The notes beneath the pieces were generated by a model. The model was given only the letters and a program-made list of their open reading frames with translations. It searched no databases and was not told the origin of the DNA. From the NCBI GenBank assembly GCA_963837175.1, contig CAWIMJ010000016.1:106474-170473 (forward strand): a DNA stretch of 64,000 nt, given 5' to 3'. Origin of the DNA: an uncultured Nitrososphaeraceae archaeon (lineage in GTDB: Archaea > Thermoproteota > Nitrososphaeria > Nitrososphaerales > Nitrososphaeraceae). Position numbers and translations under genes: made by a program. Below, piece after piece: positions 33,924 through 45,026 of this stretch; position 1 is the stretch's first letter, and each line of letters starts with the position of its first letter.

Positions 33924-34247
33924 CTATTTGAGAGTCTGGGGATATATCACACCAACTGTTACTCTATCGATAGCGATGAAAGCACGCCTAATATTGGAGG
34001 TATTGAATAGTTCGATAGGACGATAATCAGTACTTGCAGACCCATCCCCACGTACTTTTATAGAGCCAGCCAAAGGTTGTATAATAGCAGTGTTAGGTCG
34101 TGATGCTTCAAAGATGGATTCGTCGAGTAGTATTTCATTCTCCTTTAACAAATTTGAAATCTTTTTTTTCAAATCAAGCCATGATATTTTATAATTTTTA
34201 CATAACTCTGTACCTGAATCTTCAAACCAGCAGATGTCGATATACAT
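33924..34247 (-). CDS. hypothetical protein
   Basis: 107-aa ORF, 4 nt downstream of the zinc-finger ORF. Confidence 0.55.
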   Translation of the reverse strand: MYIDICWFEDSGTELCKNYKISWLDLKKKISNLLKENEILLDESIFEASRPNTAIIQPLAGSIKVRGDGSASTDYRPIELFNTSNIRRAFIAIDRVTVGVIYPQTLK

Positions 34248-34251
34248 TGGG

Positions 34252-34443
34252 CTAGATCACCTTTGTGCAAAGATTCCTCTCTTTATGATCCTGGAAATGG
34301 AGCTCGCAAAAATCATTTTCACAGTCATAGCAATGCCATCCTGATAGAAAATAGCAAACTATGCACTTTCCTGTAGGTTTATTGTAGTCATAATTCCTTC
34401 TAGGTCTTGAAGTCTTTTGTTCTCTTTGTCGTTGTTGCTTCAT
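34252..34443 (-). CDS. small B-box-like zinc-finger protein
   Basis: CIVC-x7-CYDC-x4-CELH-x3-H-x5-C. Confidence 0.65.
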   Translation of the reverse strand: MKQQRQREQKTSRPRRNYDYNKPTGKCIVCYFLSGWHCYDCENDFCELHFQDHKERNLCTKVI

Positions 34444-34668
34444 AAAAATGGATGGCTCCTATAATTATCCATTAACAAAGTTAATCTTAGTGATACTATT
34501 CATAAACAAAGCATTTAGGCCTCAGAAATAGTTACTTCTCCATAATCAGAAGTTTTCTTAAAATGGTTCAACTTTATTTAGTTAGAAATATAATTATATA
34601 AGGATTAACATTTTAGTTGAGTATAAGATTTATTTCAGCCGCCGCTATGAATCGCATGAATCGTCGAT

Positions 34669-35547
34669 ATGACCAATAATTATGAAAAGACGCTTATCAA
34701 AGTTACAGTTATAGGAAAAGATCGTAAAGGAGTTGTTGCAGATATCACCAATTTTATCTTCAGAAATGGTGGAAATATTGAAAAAATTAATCAGAATGTT
34801 GTGCGAGGACTGTTCGGGATGCAGCTCGAAGCATCTTTTCAAAAACTGATTATGAATGAGCTGGACTCTGGTCTGAAGAGATTATCTGAGAAATTACACA
34901 TGGAAATTAAGGTGCATTACCAGGAACCAAATAGGATTCGAAACGTAGCTATCTTGGTTAGCAACGAGGATCACTGTTTGTTGAAAATTTTAAAGGCCAG
35001 GAAGAAAGGTGAGATCAATGCGAACTTTTTTGTAATTATTGCAAGCAATGATAACAATCTCAAGTCGATTGTAGAGGACGCGAGAATACCGTTCCATGTT
35101 GTGAGCAATATAGATCAAATAGAAGCAGAAAACAGGATGCTAGAGTTAAACGAACAATACAATGTTGATCTCATAGTCTTAGCAAGATATATGCGTATAT
35201 TAACTCCTAACTTTGTTTGGAGATATCCAGATAGAATTATCAATATTCATCCGTCACTCTTACCTGCGTTCCCTGGAGCATATGCATATGTTCAAGCATT
35301 TGAAAGAGGAGCAAAGATAGTCGGGTGCACCGCTCATTTTGTTACTGAAGATCTCGATCAAGGTCCAATAATATGCCAAGAATCTTTCAAGGTTTTACAG
35401 TCAGATACACTTGAAAGTATTAAAAGGAAAGGACAGGCATTAGAAGCCTCGACGCTTCTTGACGCTCTAAAATTATCTCTAGAAGAAAGACTTGAAGTGT
35501 ACTGGGGAAGAGTACATATAATGGAGGAAAAAAAGAAGCCAAACTAA
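34669..35547 (+). CDS. purU: formyltetrahydrofolate deformylase
   Basis: N-terminal ACT (GKDRKGVVA), LARYMRIL, INIHPSLLPAFPGA, GCTAHFVTEDLDQGPII. Confidence 0.93.
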   Translation: MTNNYEKTLIKVTVIGKDRKGVVADITNFIFRNGGNIEKINQNVVRGLFGMQLEASFQKLIMNELDSGLKRLSEKLHMEIKVHYQEPNRIRNVAILVSNEDHCLLKILKARKKGEINANFFVIIASNDNNLKSIVEDARIPFHVVSNIDQIEAENRMLELNEQYNVDLIVLARYMRILTPNFVWRYPDRIINIHPSLLPAFPGAYAYVQAFERGAKIVGCTAHFVTEDLDQGPIICQESFKVLQSDTLESIKRKGQALEASTLLDALKLSLEERLEVYWGRVHIMEEKKKPN

Positions 35548-35703
35548 GCAGGTAAAAGCAAGCATAAATAAATTATATCGATTTTCGATTTTTGCGTCTC
35601 CATATATATCTGTGTGTGTTTTTTGCGGAATAGTGAGCGAACAAATATTTTTCTGTAGCAAATATAGTTAAAATAAAAGCTTTTTTAGCGCTTCTTATAG
35701 TTT

Positions 35704-36286
35704 ATGGATAGTGGTGGTGTAATGACAAGGACACTGCCGATTATTGTTGTTATTGGTATCATTATTATTATTATTCTTGTTGTTCTTTGGCCATTTATTA
35801 ATCCTGATATTGTCCTGAGTAAACTTGATCCTATACCCAAACCAGCAGGGAGACGAAGGAAGAGTTTAGCGCCAGAAATTTAATAATCACATATTTGAAC
35901 TATATCTCATGGTGAATCAATAGATCATAATTGGGAAAGTGGAGATATTTTTAGCAATCCAAATATTCCATCTTGCTACTCGACAACAAATCTTTCAAAT
36001 CTATATGTGAGAGTAGTAGCAAACTCAAATGTAAAATTCATAGTCAATGATAATAATGCTCAAGAAGACAAGCCGGACGGTATTGCAGTTACTGCTTATA
36101 GTAATGAGGGAAAACCAACAAAAGTTCTATGTCACTGAAGAATATAGCATTAACTCTTTTACAATCAATTAAGATAAAGGAAAATATGTATTATTAGCGG
36201 AAGCAAAATGGTTAGATGCTAATAATATTAACCGAGGTGTAAGTGAGTATGTTAGCTATAATTATAGAATAAGAGCAATCAATTAG
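35704..36286 (+). pseudogene. fragmented membrane-anchored/secreted protein
   Basis: MDSGG...IIVVIGIIIIIILVVLWP anchor followed by beta-rich protein-like fragments in shifting frames. Confidence 0.4.
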
Positions 36287-36376
36287 ATCACGATAAAATA
36301 TTTTTCCAATATCAGCTTTAATAGTTCAATTTATTTATAGTATAATGATTTATTTATTATTGAGATAAAGACAACA

Positions 36377-36541
36377 ATGTCCAACAATAGATCAGAACTA
36401 GTTTGCAATTGCAGAGGATGCGATCACGAATTTGGCGAAGAATGCTTAGATGCAAAATGTGAATGTTGCAGCCTTGAAGACCATGTCAAGGGTACTAATG
36501 CAGAAGATGCAACACAAGTTTTTCCAGGCGGTTCCCTCTAA
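36377..36541 (+). CDS. small Cys-rich metallothionein-like protein (54 aa, not in ORF track)
   Basis: MSNNRSELVCNCRGCDHEFGEECLDAKCECCSLEDH...: 7 Cys + 2 His; TATA-like tttata upstream. Confidence 0.6.
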   Translation: MSNNRSELVCNCRGCDHEFGEECLDAKCECCSLEDHVKGTNAEDATQVFPGGSL

Positions 36542-36851
36542 AAGTCAAAAGATAATTTGAGGAATAATACTCATTTTTCATGTGAGACAGTAGTATTAAC
36601 AAGCAACTGACTTGCCAGGTAGATAAGGTTAAAAGTTGCAGTAATAAAACCAACAGAGTACATATGGGATTTATTCATATTTCTTAACAGCTGCGCCTTT
36701 TTTTCTATTTCTCTTGCAATCCCTTTTGCACCTATATTATCGCTTACTCGTAGATTATGCTCACTCTAATAATGTATCATATCTATAGGGATATTAATTT
36801 CAAACGTTGTAAAGTTGATAAACTTGTAAGGCTGCCTGATTTTAGAGAAAG

Positions 36852-37565
36852 ATGTCTGTTTCGATATACAAGATGACCCACGGCGAATTTTGTGATATAA
36901 TTAATAACGTTAAGCGAGCGATAATTCCAGTGGGATCAATGGAACAACATGGAGAACATCTACCTGTTTCAACAGATTCTTTAATTGCGGAAAATATCGC
37001 AAGATTAGTTGCAGAACAAGTTCCATGTTTCGTTGTACCACCGATTTTATTTGGAGTATCATATGAACATAGACCTATGTTTAACATTTCAGTACGTAAC
37101 GCTACTCTATCAAGAACGATATGTGATATTTGTTGTTCACTGGTAGAAAATGGTATTAAGAATATCGTGTTGATAAATGGTCATCACGGAAATATAGGGG
37201 CACTACAGTATATAGCCCAGAATCTGTATGGGAAAATACCCAACGACATTAGCATACATTCCATCAATTATTGGCACTTGATGCATAGTGAATTTGATCA
37301 TGCAGGAGATATTGAAACATCACTTGTTCTTGCCATAGCTCCTGAATTGGTCAGAATGGATAAGGCAGAAGCCAATTATAACAATCTCTCAAAGTCAAAA
37401 GTAGCATATGCAAGTATGACAAATAACCCAAACTCTTTTCCGAAGATAACTGGAAATGGAGTTTGGGGAGATCCAAGAAATGCCTCGGCGGATAAAGGAC
37501 ATCAATTACTTGAAGAAATAGTAAGAAATCTTGTTCAGACTATACACGAGATAGAAAGTTACTAA
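36852..37565 (+). CDS. creatininase/creatinine amidohydrolase family protein
   Basis: PVGSMEQHGEHLPVSTD, GVSYEH, NGHHGN, DHAGDIETS, GVWGDP. Confidence 0.92.
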   Translation: MSVSIYKMTHGEFCDIINNVKRAIIPVGSMEQHGEHLPVSTDSLIAENIARLVAEQVPCFVVPPILFGVSYEHRPMFNISVRNATLSRTICDICCSLVENGIKNIVLINGHHGNIGALQYIAQNLYGKIPNDISIHSINYWHLMHSEFDHAGDIETSLVLAIAPELVRMDKAEANYNNLSKSKVAYASMTNNPNSFPKITGNGVWGDPRNASADKGHQLLEEIVRNLVQTIHEIESY

Positions 37566-37833
37566 TGAACTATGGATAAACAAATTATTTGTTATCCTGC
37601 CAGTCAGCACCAATAGCATATCTCTTCCTCCTTACTACAACGAATGAAAAATTCTCATAAAATAAATGAATATGCCACAGAATACATCCAGCGAATAGCA
37701 ATAGAGAGAGAGATCTACTGGTCAGCAACTAAGAACTTTTATGAAATGAATAGTTTTTAATATTTAAGATACTTGCAAACAATGAAATTTTAATATATAC
37801 CTACAATATCCCTTAACTGTAGGTAGATTAGCA

Positions 37834-38064
37834 TTGTCAGTGGACATGGCAGTAAAGGTTCTTGACGAGAGCCTTGGTAAGGTCGTTCTTATTAAATTGA
37901 AGGGAGGAAAGGTTATCAGAGGTAATCTTCATGGTTTCGATCAGCACATGAATTTGTTATTAGACGATTCTGTAGAATTTTCAGATGGTGGTGACCCCAA
38001 TGACTTGGGCACAATTGTAGTACGGGGTGACAATGTAGTTATTATATCTCCACCTCCTATGTGA
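37834..38064 (+). CDS. Sm-like (LSm) protein
   Basis: GNLHGFDQHMNLLL (Sm1), IVVRGDNV (Sm2); upstream of rpl37e. Confidence 0.93.
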   Translation: MSVDMAVKVLDESLGKVVLIKLKGGKVIRGNLHGFDQHMNLLLDDSVEFSDGGDPNDLGTIVVRGDNVVIISPPPM

Positions 38065-38094
38065 GAGAGAGATAGAGAGAGTGAGTGAATTAGT

Positions 38095-38265
38095 ATGACC
38101 AGAGGCACCACTTCAATGGGTAATTTCACCAGAAAGAAGACGCATATTAGATGTAGAAGGTGCGGCCATAATGCATTTCATAAACGAGGAAAAGAATGTG
38201 CCAAATGTGGCTATCCAGATTCTCGAATGAGAAAGTATAATTGGATTAAACGGCAAGTAATATAA
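38095..38265 (+). CDS. rpl37e: 50S ribosomal protein L37e (56 aa, not in ORF track)
   Basis: MTRGTTSMG...THIRCRRCG...CAKCGYP...RKYNW. Confidence 0.95.
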   Translation: MTRGTTSMGNFTRKKTHIRCRRCGHNAFHKRGKECAKCGYPDSRMRKYNWIKRQVI

Positions 38266-38430
38266 TATTAATAGTATCAGCATTCTTAAGATCTCCTATA
38301 TAGATGACTTACATCATAGAACGCTTCCTTTCATATTATTATTATTATTAATTTCAATTATTAATTATTTAAAAAACTATAACAGAAAGCTTAACTGCGT
38401 CTGCAACAACATAAACAAAGGATCTTTGCT

Positions 38431-39234
38431 TTGTTTGAAGAGATACTTTTAATTGCTGCTTTTGCATTAGCAGGAGCAATATCAGGAGCTATAATTCTCA
38501 ATAAAATATCTAGGATCAAAACTTTATTAAAGAAAAAAGAACGTTTCACAAAAGCCTTTATCACTACTAAGGAAGAACTTCAATCTTTACAATTTGAAAA
38601 AAGCTTGATATCACAGTCTATCACTAGAGTTTATGAGGCATCATATGAGGGCAAAATTGACCTCATAGAACGCGACAGACTTTTACTAAAGTATAAACAA
38701 CAACTTAATTCATACGACAAAAAAATTGCAGATTTACAATCCTTGGTAGATATTTCAGAACTTGCTGATATGCGTAATGGATTAGTTTCTCTGATAGAAG
38801 GAAGAATAACAGCAATTGATCATAAGCTGGCTGAGATCTCTAATAAATATGGAATATCTACATCAGATATCATCATCGGCTCCTCACCAAAAAGTAGTAA
38901 CCAACAACCAATTATCGACAGGGCTGGAGAAGAGGAGGAGGAGGAGAAGAAAAATAATAAGAAGGAAGAAGAAAATCAAGAGAAATTTGGCAATGAGGGA
39001 CATCAATCACAACACCTAGCAAATGAGGAAACGATGGCGATCAGAGAACAAAAAAATCAGAAGAAGAAAGATAGTGTTAGAGAAAAGATAAAAACAGAAG
39101 AAAAAACTATTGACGAGATTCAAAAGGAAATTATGCAGGCACTTGGAAGGTTAGAACAAATAGATCCCGATAGTGGCGACTGGGATCATGAGCCATCAGT
39201 CAACAAGAAACGCGATGCTCTAAGTAGTATTTAA
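38431..39234 (+). CDS. membrane-anchored coiled-coil hypothetical protein
   Basis: N-terminal TM, heptad-rich middle, acidic/basic low-complexity linker. Confidence 0.75.
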   Translation: MFEEILLIAAFALAGAISGAIILNKISRIKTLLKKKERFTKAFITTKEELQSLQFEKSLISQSITRVYEASYEGKIDLIERDRLLLKYKQQLNSYDKKIADLQSLVDISELADMRNGLVSLIEGRITAIDHKLAEISNKYGISTSDIIIGSSPKSSNQQPIIDRAGEEEEEEKKNNKKEEENQEKFGNEGHQSQHLANEETMAIREQKNQKKKDSVREKIKTEEKTIDEIQKEIMQALGRLEQIDPDSGDWDHEPSVNKKRDALSSI

Positions 39235-39489
39235 TATTAGAGATTTTTATATATAATATATTCTGTAATATGGGCTTTTTGGCTGACTTGCTTTTTAGAA
39301 ATAAACAAATTCGGAGATAAAGATTAAAGTACCATTGTTTTCTTAGTTACTGAATGTTCTTCTTCTTATCGTCATCATCTTCATCATCTTCTTCATCTCC
39401 TTCATCTTCATCCTTATACTACTGCTTCTCCTTCTCCTTCAACTTTTCATTATCCTTCCAATTCAGAACATCGATCATCGAGAAATCAA

Positions 39490-40152
39490 TCCTTTGAACT
39501 TCTTGCTAAGGATGCAGTAGAACGATATGTAAAGGATAATCAGATTATCGGATTGGGCAGCGGAAGCACCATAGCGGTTCTTGTCAGGGAATTGGCAAGG
39601 TTAAAGAATAAAAATACATTGAAATTTATTGTCACATCTCTCCAAATAAAAACAGAGGCCGAAAATAGCGGACTGGAGATAGTTGATGAAAATCATATTC
39701 CAGAAATTGATGTTGTTTTTGATGGTGCTGACCAGATTGATTCACAATATAATATGATAAAGGGAGGCGGTGGAGCCTTACTCAAAGAGAAAATTTTGAT
39801 TTCGGCTGCAAAGCAAGTAGTTATTGCAGCTGATTCGACGAAATTTGTAGAAAAGTTTAATCGACCCATTCCTCTTGAAGTTCATCCATTCGCTCGGTCT
39901 GCAGTATCGAGAAAATTGAAAGAGATTAGTTCGCAAGTCCAGCTACGAATTTTGGAAAAAGGTTATCCTTTTATCACTGAAAATGGCAATATAATTTTCG
40001 ACGCCACATTTAATTCTATAATAGACGTCCCAAAGAAGGAGATTGAATTAAAAAGTATTCCAGGTGTACTTGAAGTGGGTCTTTTTACAAGACGGGCAGA
40101 CATTTATTACAAAGCAAAAAGTGACGGTTATTTTGAGTCTTTTAGATTTTAG
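39490..40152 (+). CDS. rpiA: ribose-5-phosphate isomerase A (start unresolved; upstream Ser-rich low-complexity tract)
   Basis: IIGLGSGST, DGADQID, IKGGGGALLKEK, TENGN; frame open upstream of 39553, nearest ATG (39354) out of frame. Confidence 0.92.
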   Translation, partial: SFELLAKDAVERYVKDNQIIGLGSGSTIAVLVRELARLKNKNTLKFIVTSLQIKTEAENSGLEIVDENHIPEIDVVFDGADQIDSQYNMIKGGGGALLKEKILISAAKQVVIAADSTKFVEKFNRPIPLEVHPFARSAVSRKLKEISSQVQLRILEKGYPFITENGNIIFDATFNSIIDVPKKEIELKSIPGVLEVGLFTRRADIYYKAKSDGYFESFRF

Positions 40153-40303
40153 GATATATTATCAAAGCTAATATTTTCCCTACTACTCCTACTACTTCTA
40201 GATGCAGTCCTCCTTTTTCCCGCTCGCATCATTTCTTTGTGATCGCAATTATGCTTTTCAATCTATTATTATTATTAGTCGGACTCATTTTCTAATACTT
40301 ACA

Positions 40304-41758
40304 CTAATAATTTCCTCTGACAGGCCTGCTAACAAACTTTCCATGACCTAGCGACTTGCTGTTAATCATACCATTCTCCATGATAACTTCTCCTCTTACC
40401 ATTGTCAGAATCGGCCAGCCCCGGAGTGTCCATCCGTCATAAATTGTATAATCAGAGTAGGAGTGTAACAGATCTGGTGTGACTTTTTGCTCCAACTCTA
40501 GATCTACAATGGTTAGATCTGCATCAGACTTTTGACGAATAGTGCCTTTCTTTGGATACATGCCAAAAATTCTGGCTGCATTATAGCTTGTGGTTTCGGC
40601 TATCTGTTCCATATTGATTCTGTTTTCATTTACCCCTTTGCTCAGTAAAACAGGGAGTATGGTACCAATTCCTGGAAAGCCTGCGAGTGCAGACCAGATA
40701 TCACCACTTCCCATCTTCATTGACAGTCTGTTAGCGACGTGATCGGACCCTATTGTATCTATTATCCCATTTCGTAATGCCGACCACATGCTTTGAACAT
40801 CACTTTTAGATCTAATAGGAGGAACAACTTTTCCTGTGAGTTTTTCAAATTCTGTTGTATGTGTCAAGTAATGAGGGCATGTTTCAATATAGAGATTAGA
40901 TTTGCCTTTCTCCTTTTCTGTCAATATTGCATCAAGTGCCGCAGTTGAACCTATATGTACAAAATACAGGTTTGAACCGTATTTTCTACTAATGAAGGCG
41001 ATCTTCCTTATGCTTTCGGCCTCAGAAGAAGAAGATGGCCTGCAATCAGACCATGTCTTCAAGCTTGATGCTGAATCGACATGTATCATTCCCGCTTTTA
41101 GTTCTCTTTCTCTTTTAATGTGAGCTGCACATACTGCTGGATCTTCTGCATGTACAAGTACAGTTGAATAATTTACTTTGGAAGCCTCTTTAATTATTGA
41201 AGACATTAATTCATCGGTCATGTTAACTTCAGCTTCTCTGATAGTGTGTGTACCAGGTTCAAGATCCAAAAAAATATGATTTAGATCGGCTCCAAGATTC
41301 ATATAGATCTTAAATGAGTTAATTCCGATTTTTTTTAGATAAGGAATATCTTTTATTTGCTCTGGTGTTAGGATCGATGCATGAATTGAGTAGTCAATAT
41401 GATGATTATGCTTGCTTGCTTCAAGATGTTTTCCTATATTTTTTTGATAACTTTCATTCATTCGGAGCATACGGATCATGGTAGTTACTCCGCCTACTGC
41501 AGCAGATCTGGATTCGCTTTTTGCTGCTTCATCGATTGGAGAATAGACACCATAATGAATATGAGGGTCTATTAATCCGGGTAAGACATACTTTCCATTA
41601 GCATTAATTATTTTTGATGCATGAATATTGTGAATTGATTTTGTAAGAGCCTTGATTTTACCATTTTCTATCATTATATTAGTTTGTACTATTCCCTCAC
41701 TCCTAGGAATTACGGCAGACGCATTTGTAATTAAAATATCACAGGAGTTTTGCATCAT
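40304..41758 (-). CDS. cyclic amidohydrolase (dihydroorotase/dihydropyrimidinase/allantoinase family)
   Basis: PGLIDPHIH, GGVTT, SFKIYM, VHAED, ETCPHYL, PPIRS, GSDH, DADL. Confidence 0.9.
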   Translation of the reverse strand: MMQNSCDILITNASAVIPRSEGIVQTNIMIENGKIKALTKSIHNIHASKIINANGKYVLPGLIDPHIHYGVYSPIDEAAKSESRSAAVGGVTTMIRMLRMNESYQKNIGKHLEASKHNHHIDYSIHASILTPEQIKDIPYLKKIGINSFKIYMNLGADLNHIFLDLEPGTHTIREAEVNMTDELMSSIIKEASKVNYSTVLVHAEDPAVCAAHIKRERELKAGMIHVDSASSLKTWSDCRPSSSSEAESIRKIAFISRKYGSNLYFVHIGSTAALDAILTEKEKGKSNLYIETCPHYLTHTTEFEKLTGKVVPPIRSKSDVQSMWSALRNGIIDTIGSDHVANRLSMKMGSGDIWSALAGFPGIGTILPVLLSKGVNENRINMEQIAETTSYNAARIFGMYPKKGTIRQKSDADLTIVDLELEQKVTPDLLHSYSDYTIYDGWTLRGWPILTMVRGEVIMENGMINSKSLGHGKFVSRPVRGNY

Positions 41759-42051
41759 TTACTTTCTTTAGTGATTGGCTGCAAGCTAACGTTTAATCTT
41801 TGATATACATACGATCGCGTTTTTTATAGTTCTATTGTTATTATTATTATTATTGTTATTATCGATAATATTATTAGTGTTTCAAATTTACAGACATATT
41901 TTTATTATCATTTTCCTCACAACAAGAACAATTCTTATTATCAATTTGGATATATTTTAAAGGATTCTTTTGTTAGTCTTTGTAAATACCTTTTCTTACA
42001 AATATAACAGATAATAATGCCTGTGAGCTATTTATCATCGTAATATCACGA

Positions 42052-42873
42052 GTGGCTACAAGAGACGATGATCCTTTTTCAGATTGGGCAGAACTTATTC
42101 ACAAGCCTGTATATTCTATTGATGGGAAGAAGCTTGGATTCCTTAAAAAATTGCTCTCAGATTACATGTTTGTTGGTCGAGGATTTTTTAATTTAGAAAA
42201 ATACTTGATTCCAAGATCAGTTGCAGAAGCAGTAAGCAAAAAAGGTATCAGGCTAAACATTACAGCTTATGAAGCTCGCTCAAAGTATTCATATTCAAAA
42301 ATGAAATATTCTGTTACTAATTTTGGGATTCTGCCAGAAACTGTGGTAGGACATAGGATAATTTATGATAGATTTCAGACTTTACGTCATCATACTACTC
42401 GAAATAGATTGGCAGCAATAATTGCCTTTATTTCTGGAATCTTGTTTCTGGTTTCAGGATACAAGGCAAACTTGGCAATATATGATATCGTCACACACGA
42501 GGTTATGATATATACAGCCAGACAATTCTGGTCATTTGTATTAGCTCCAGTTGGGGTCCTTGCAATGTTAAGCCAACTTGGAGGAATTACGGTACTTCTA
42601 GGAGCAGGATTATTTGCTTTAAATAGAGTAACTCTTGGAAAATTTTTAGTTTTTATTGGAACTGGCCAGGGTATTTTTACTATAGCCCTGCATATTTGGT
42701 CAGAAATATGGTCTGGTAAAATAGCACTTGAAAATAACTATATAACATCTCTGACATCTTCTGCAGTAGGATTAGGTATTTTGTTTGCAGTATTAGCTCA
42801 GTCGATTTCAAAGAGCTGGGGAGAAACTATTATTAGAAGAACAGTGCGACATATTTTTGGAAAGGAACACTAA
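42052..42873 (+). CDS. membrane protein with PRC-barrel-like N-terminus
   Basis: LIHKPVYSIDGKKLG...YLIP then ~4 TM helices. Confidence 0.7.
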   Translation: MATRDDDPFSDWAELIHKPVYSIDGKKLGFLKKLLSDYMFVGRGFFNLEKYLIPRSVAEAVSKKGIRLNITAYEARSKYSYSKMKYSVTNFGILPETVVGHRIIYDRFQTLRHHTTRNRLAAIIAFISGILFLVSGYKANLAIYDIVTHEVMIYTARQFWSFVLAPVGVLAMLSQLGGITVLLGAGLFALNRVTLGKFLVFIGTGQGIFTIALHIWSEIWSGKIALENNYITSLTSSAVGLGILFAVLAQSISKSWGETIIRRTVRHIFGKEH

Positions 42874-43027
42874 TGAATAGTGATGGATTTATTCTCCTGT
42901 CATTTAATAGAAAAGATTCAGAGTAGCAATACACTACTATGCCCACGGAGACCAGAAATTATTTAAAATATTATCACTAGGAGCCCCTATTACTACACCA
43001 TCAGTGTAGTCGAATAATGGCTAGCGG

Positions 43028-43204
43028 CTATTTGTTCCGTTTCATATGCATTTTTGATTTCGTATCATTACTATTGCTATTTTCAAATAGCATCTCACAG
43101 TCGCAGCGCCCATCAAGCCTTACTTGCCGTCCACATCTGGGGCATATAGACATTGGTGGAGGCGAGTTGTCGTCTTCCTGAAGACCATACAATACGGTAG
43201 ACAT
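43028..43204 (-). CDS. small zinc-ribbon-like protein (58 aa, not in ORF track)
   Basis: MSTVLYGLQEDDNSPPPMSICPRCGRQVRLDGRCDCEM... Confidence 0.45.
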   Translation of the reverse strand: MSTVLYGLQEDDNSPPPMSICPRCGRQVRLDGRCDCEMLFENSNSNDTKSKMHMKRNK

Positions 43205-43588
43205 ACCTACTTATTATACGACATACTAGTTTATAAGATCTTCATAGAAAATGTGTTTCTTCTACTTATTTCTTTTATATATCAGCACTTTATAATAACT
43301 GTATAAAATATTTATTAAAAAATCCAAATTCTTTATCCTAGTTTAGTTAACTTTGATTACTTATCGTTACCTTAATGGATTGTGATCATTCATTTAAAGA
43401 CGTATGAAAGGATCTAGACAATATAATATATCCAATAGATACTAAAAATTAAAAATGAAATTATTGATCGTGCTACTAAAATAAACTAAATTAAGCAAAA
43501 CTTGTTTCTAAAATCATTCATTCATCTCAACAGACATTAAAAGAGATAAAATAAGTTGTATTCTAAATATATAATCACAATAGAGTAG

Positions 43589-44921
43589 TTATTTAGCAGG
43601 ATCTTTGCCGTCACCATCATCTGTGCCTGCATTGGCATCTCCATCATCATTATCATTGTCTGATGAAGGTGGTGGTGAAGGTAGATTATCATCATCATTA
43701 TCATTGTCTGATGAAGGTGGTGGTGAAGGTAGTTTATCATCATCATTATCATTGTCTGATGAAGGTGGTGGTGAAGGTAGTTTATCATCATCATTATCAC
43801 CTGGTGGTGGACATCCTGCTGCATTTGGATTATTCTCACAGTCTAGTGGTGGTGTACATCCTGTTGGCTTTGGATTATTCTCACAGTCTAGTGGTGGTGT
43901 ACATCCTTTTGCATTTGGATTATTCTCACAGTCTAGTGGTGGTGTGACATCCTGTTGCATTTGGATTATTCTCACAGTCTGGATAAGGAACACATTTCTT
44001 CTCTTTGTAATCCCAATAATATCCTGTGTTGCATGAAGGCGGTTTTCCATGATCTCCATAATCTCCTCCGCCACCACCCCTGATTTTAATCACATTTTTT
44101 ATAATTGTTGTAGTATGACTGGTTCTACCACCATCATCTTGTGTTACAAGCTGTAGTATTGCTTGTGCTAAAACTCCATTGGGATCCTGTATTATTTGAT
44201 TTGCAAGCTGAAAGATATATTGTCCAGTAATAGATTTTCCTTGTGCTTGTGCAAATTGAAGAGCTATTTGTATAATTACTGCTTCAACTTTCTCTACAGG
44301 AACACCTACTCTATTTGCTAATATTTGTGCTGCATTTCTTATAACTAGGTTGACATTTCTCGACCCACCACTTGCTTCTTGAATAGCTGTATTGGATAGA
44401 GATTGTGTTATGTTGTTACTACTGCTACTAGCTTTCTGTTGTAATGTTTGTTGTACAATTTGTACTACACTACTATTACCAGATGCTATCAGTCCTGCAA
44501 AATGAGATAGTACTTGAGATAGAGTACCAAAGGGATATGCAGTAACTTGTGATGATATCTGACGAATTTCTTTAATAGCCTCTGCTTGACTGGATGTTTG
44601 AGCTGTTTGTTTTGCTAATTGTACAAGTATTTGATATACATTAGTTGCATTAGTACCAGGATTTGCAGTTGCTACTTGTTGTGCAATCTGCTTTATTATT
44701 TGGCTAAGACCAACTCTATTCTGTTGCTGGGGTGATTGTTGTTGTGATTGTGGCTGTTGTGCATAGACTCCAGCTTGGAATACAGGGATAAAGGAAATTC
44801 CGGTTAATAATATAATGGATAATACAATAACTCCTAATTTTGATATAATGTTTGGTTGAAGATGCTGCTGCTGATTTTGCATCGATATGTTACTGAAGTA
44901 GTAATTTATAAGATTATTCAT
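43589..44921 (-). CDS. secreted Gln-rich protein with Cys-containing and Pro/Asp repeats (apparent indel ~43948)
   Basis: Signal peptide ending VYA; Gln-rich helical domain; tail CTPPLDCENNPNAxG and DDKLPSPPPSSDNDND repeats join ORFs 43926-44921 and 43589-44077. Confidence 0.75.
43645..43800. repeat. 48-bp tandem repeat x3 (DDKLPSPPPSSDNDND)
   Basis: tgatgaaggtggtggtgaaggtag recurs at 43661, 43709, 43757. Confidence 0.92.
43803..43980. repeat. ~45-bp tandem repeat x4 (CTPPLDCENNPNAxG)
   Basis: ggattattctcacagtct recurs four times at ~45-bp spacing. Confidence 0.92.
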
Positions 44922-45026
44922 AATTATTATTCATCTAATAGAGATTACATGACATCCCAGTGATGGTCATATACAATTTTCATCTGTCATCACAGCATTA
45001 ATAATAACTATTATTTCTTGTCAGAC

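Noticed and set aside
43537-44036. His-rich and antisense ORFs (43537-43839, 43605-44036, 43663-43947)
   Set aside because: Alternative-frame shadows of the 48-bp and 45-bp coding repeats.
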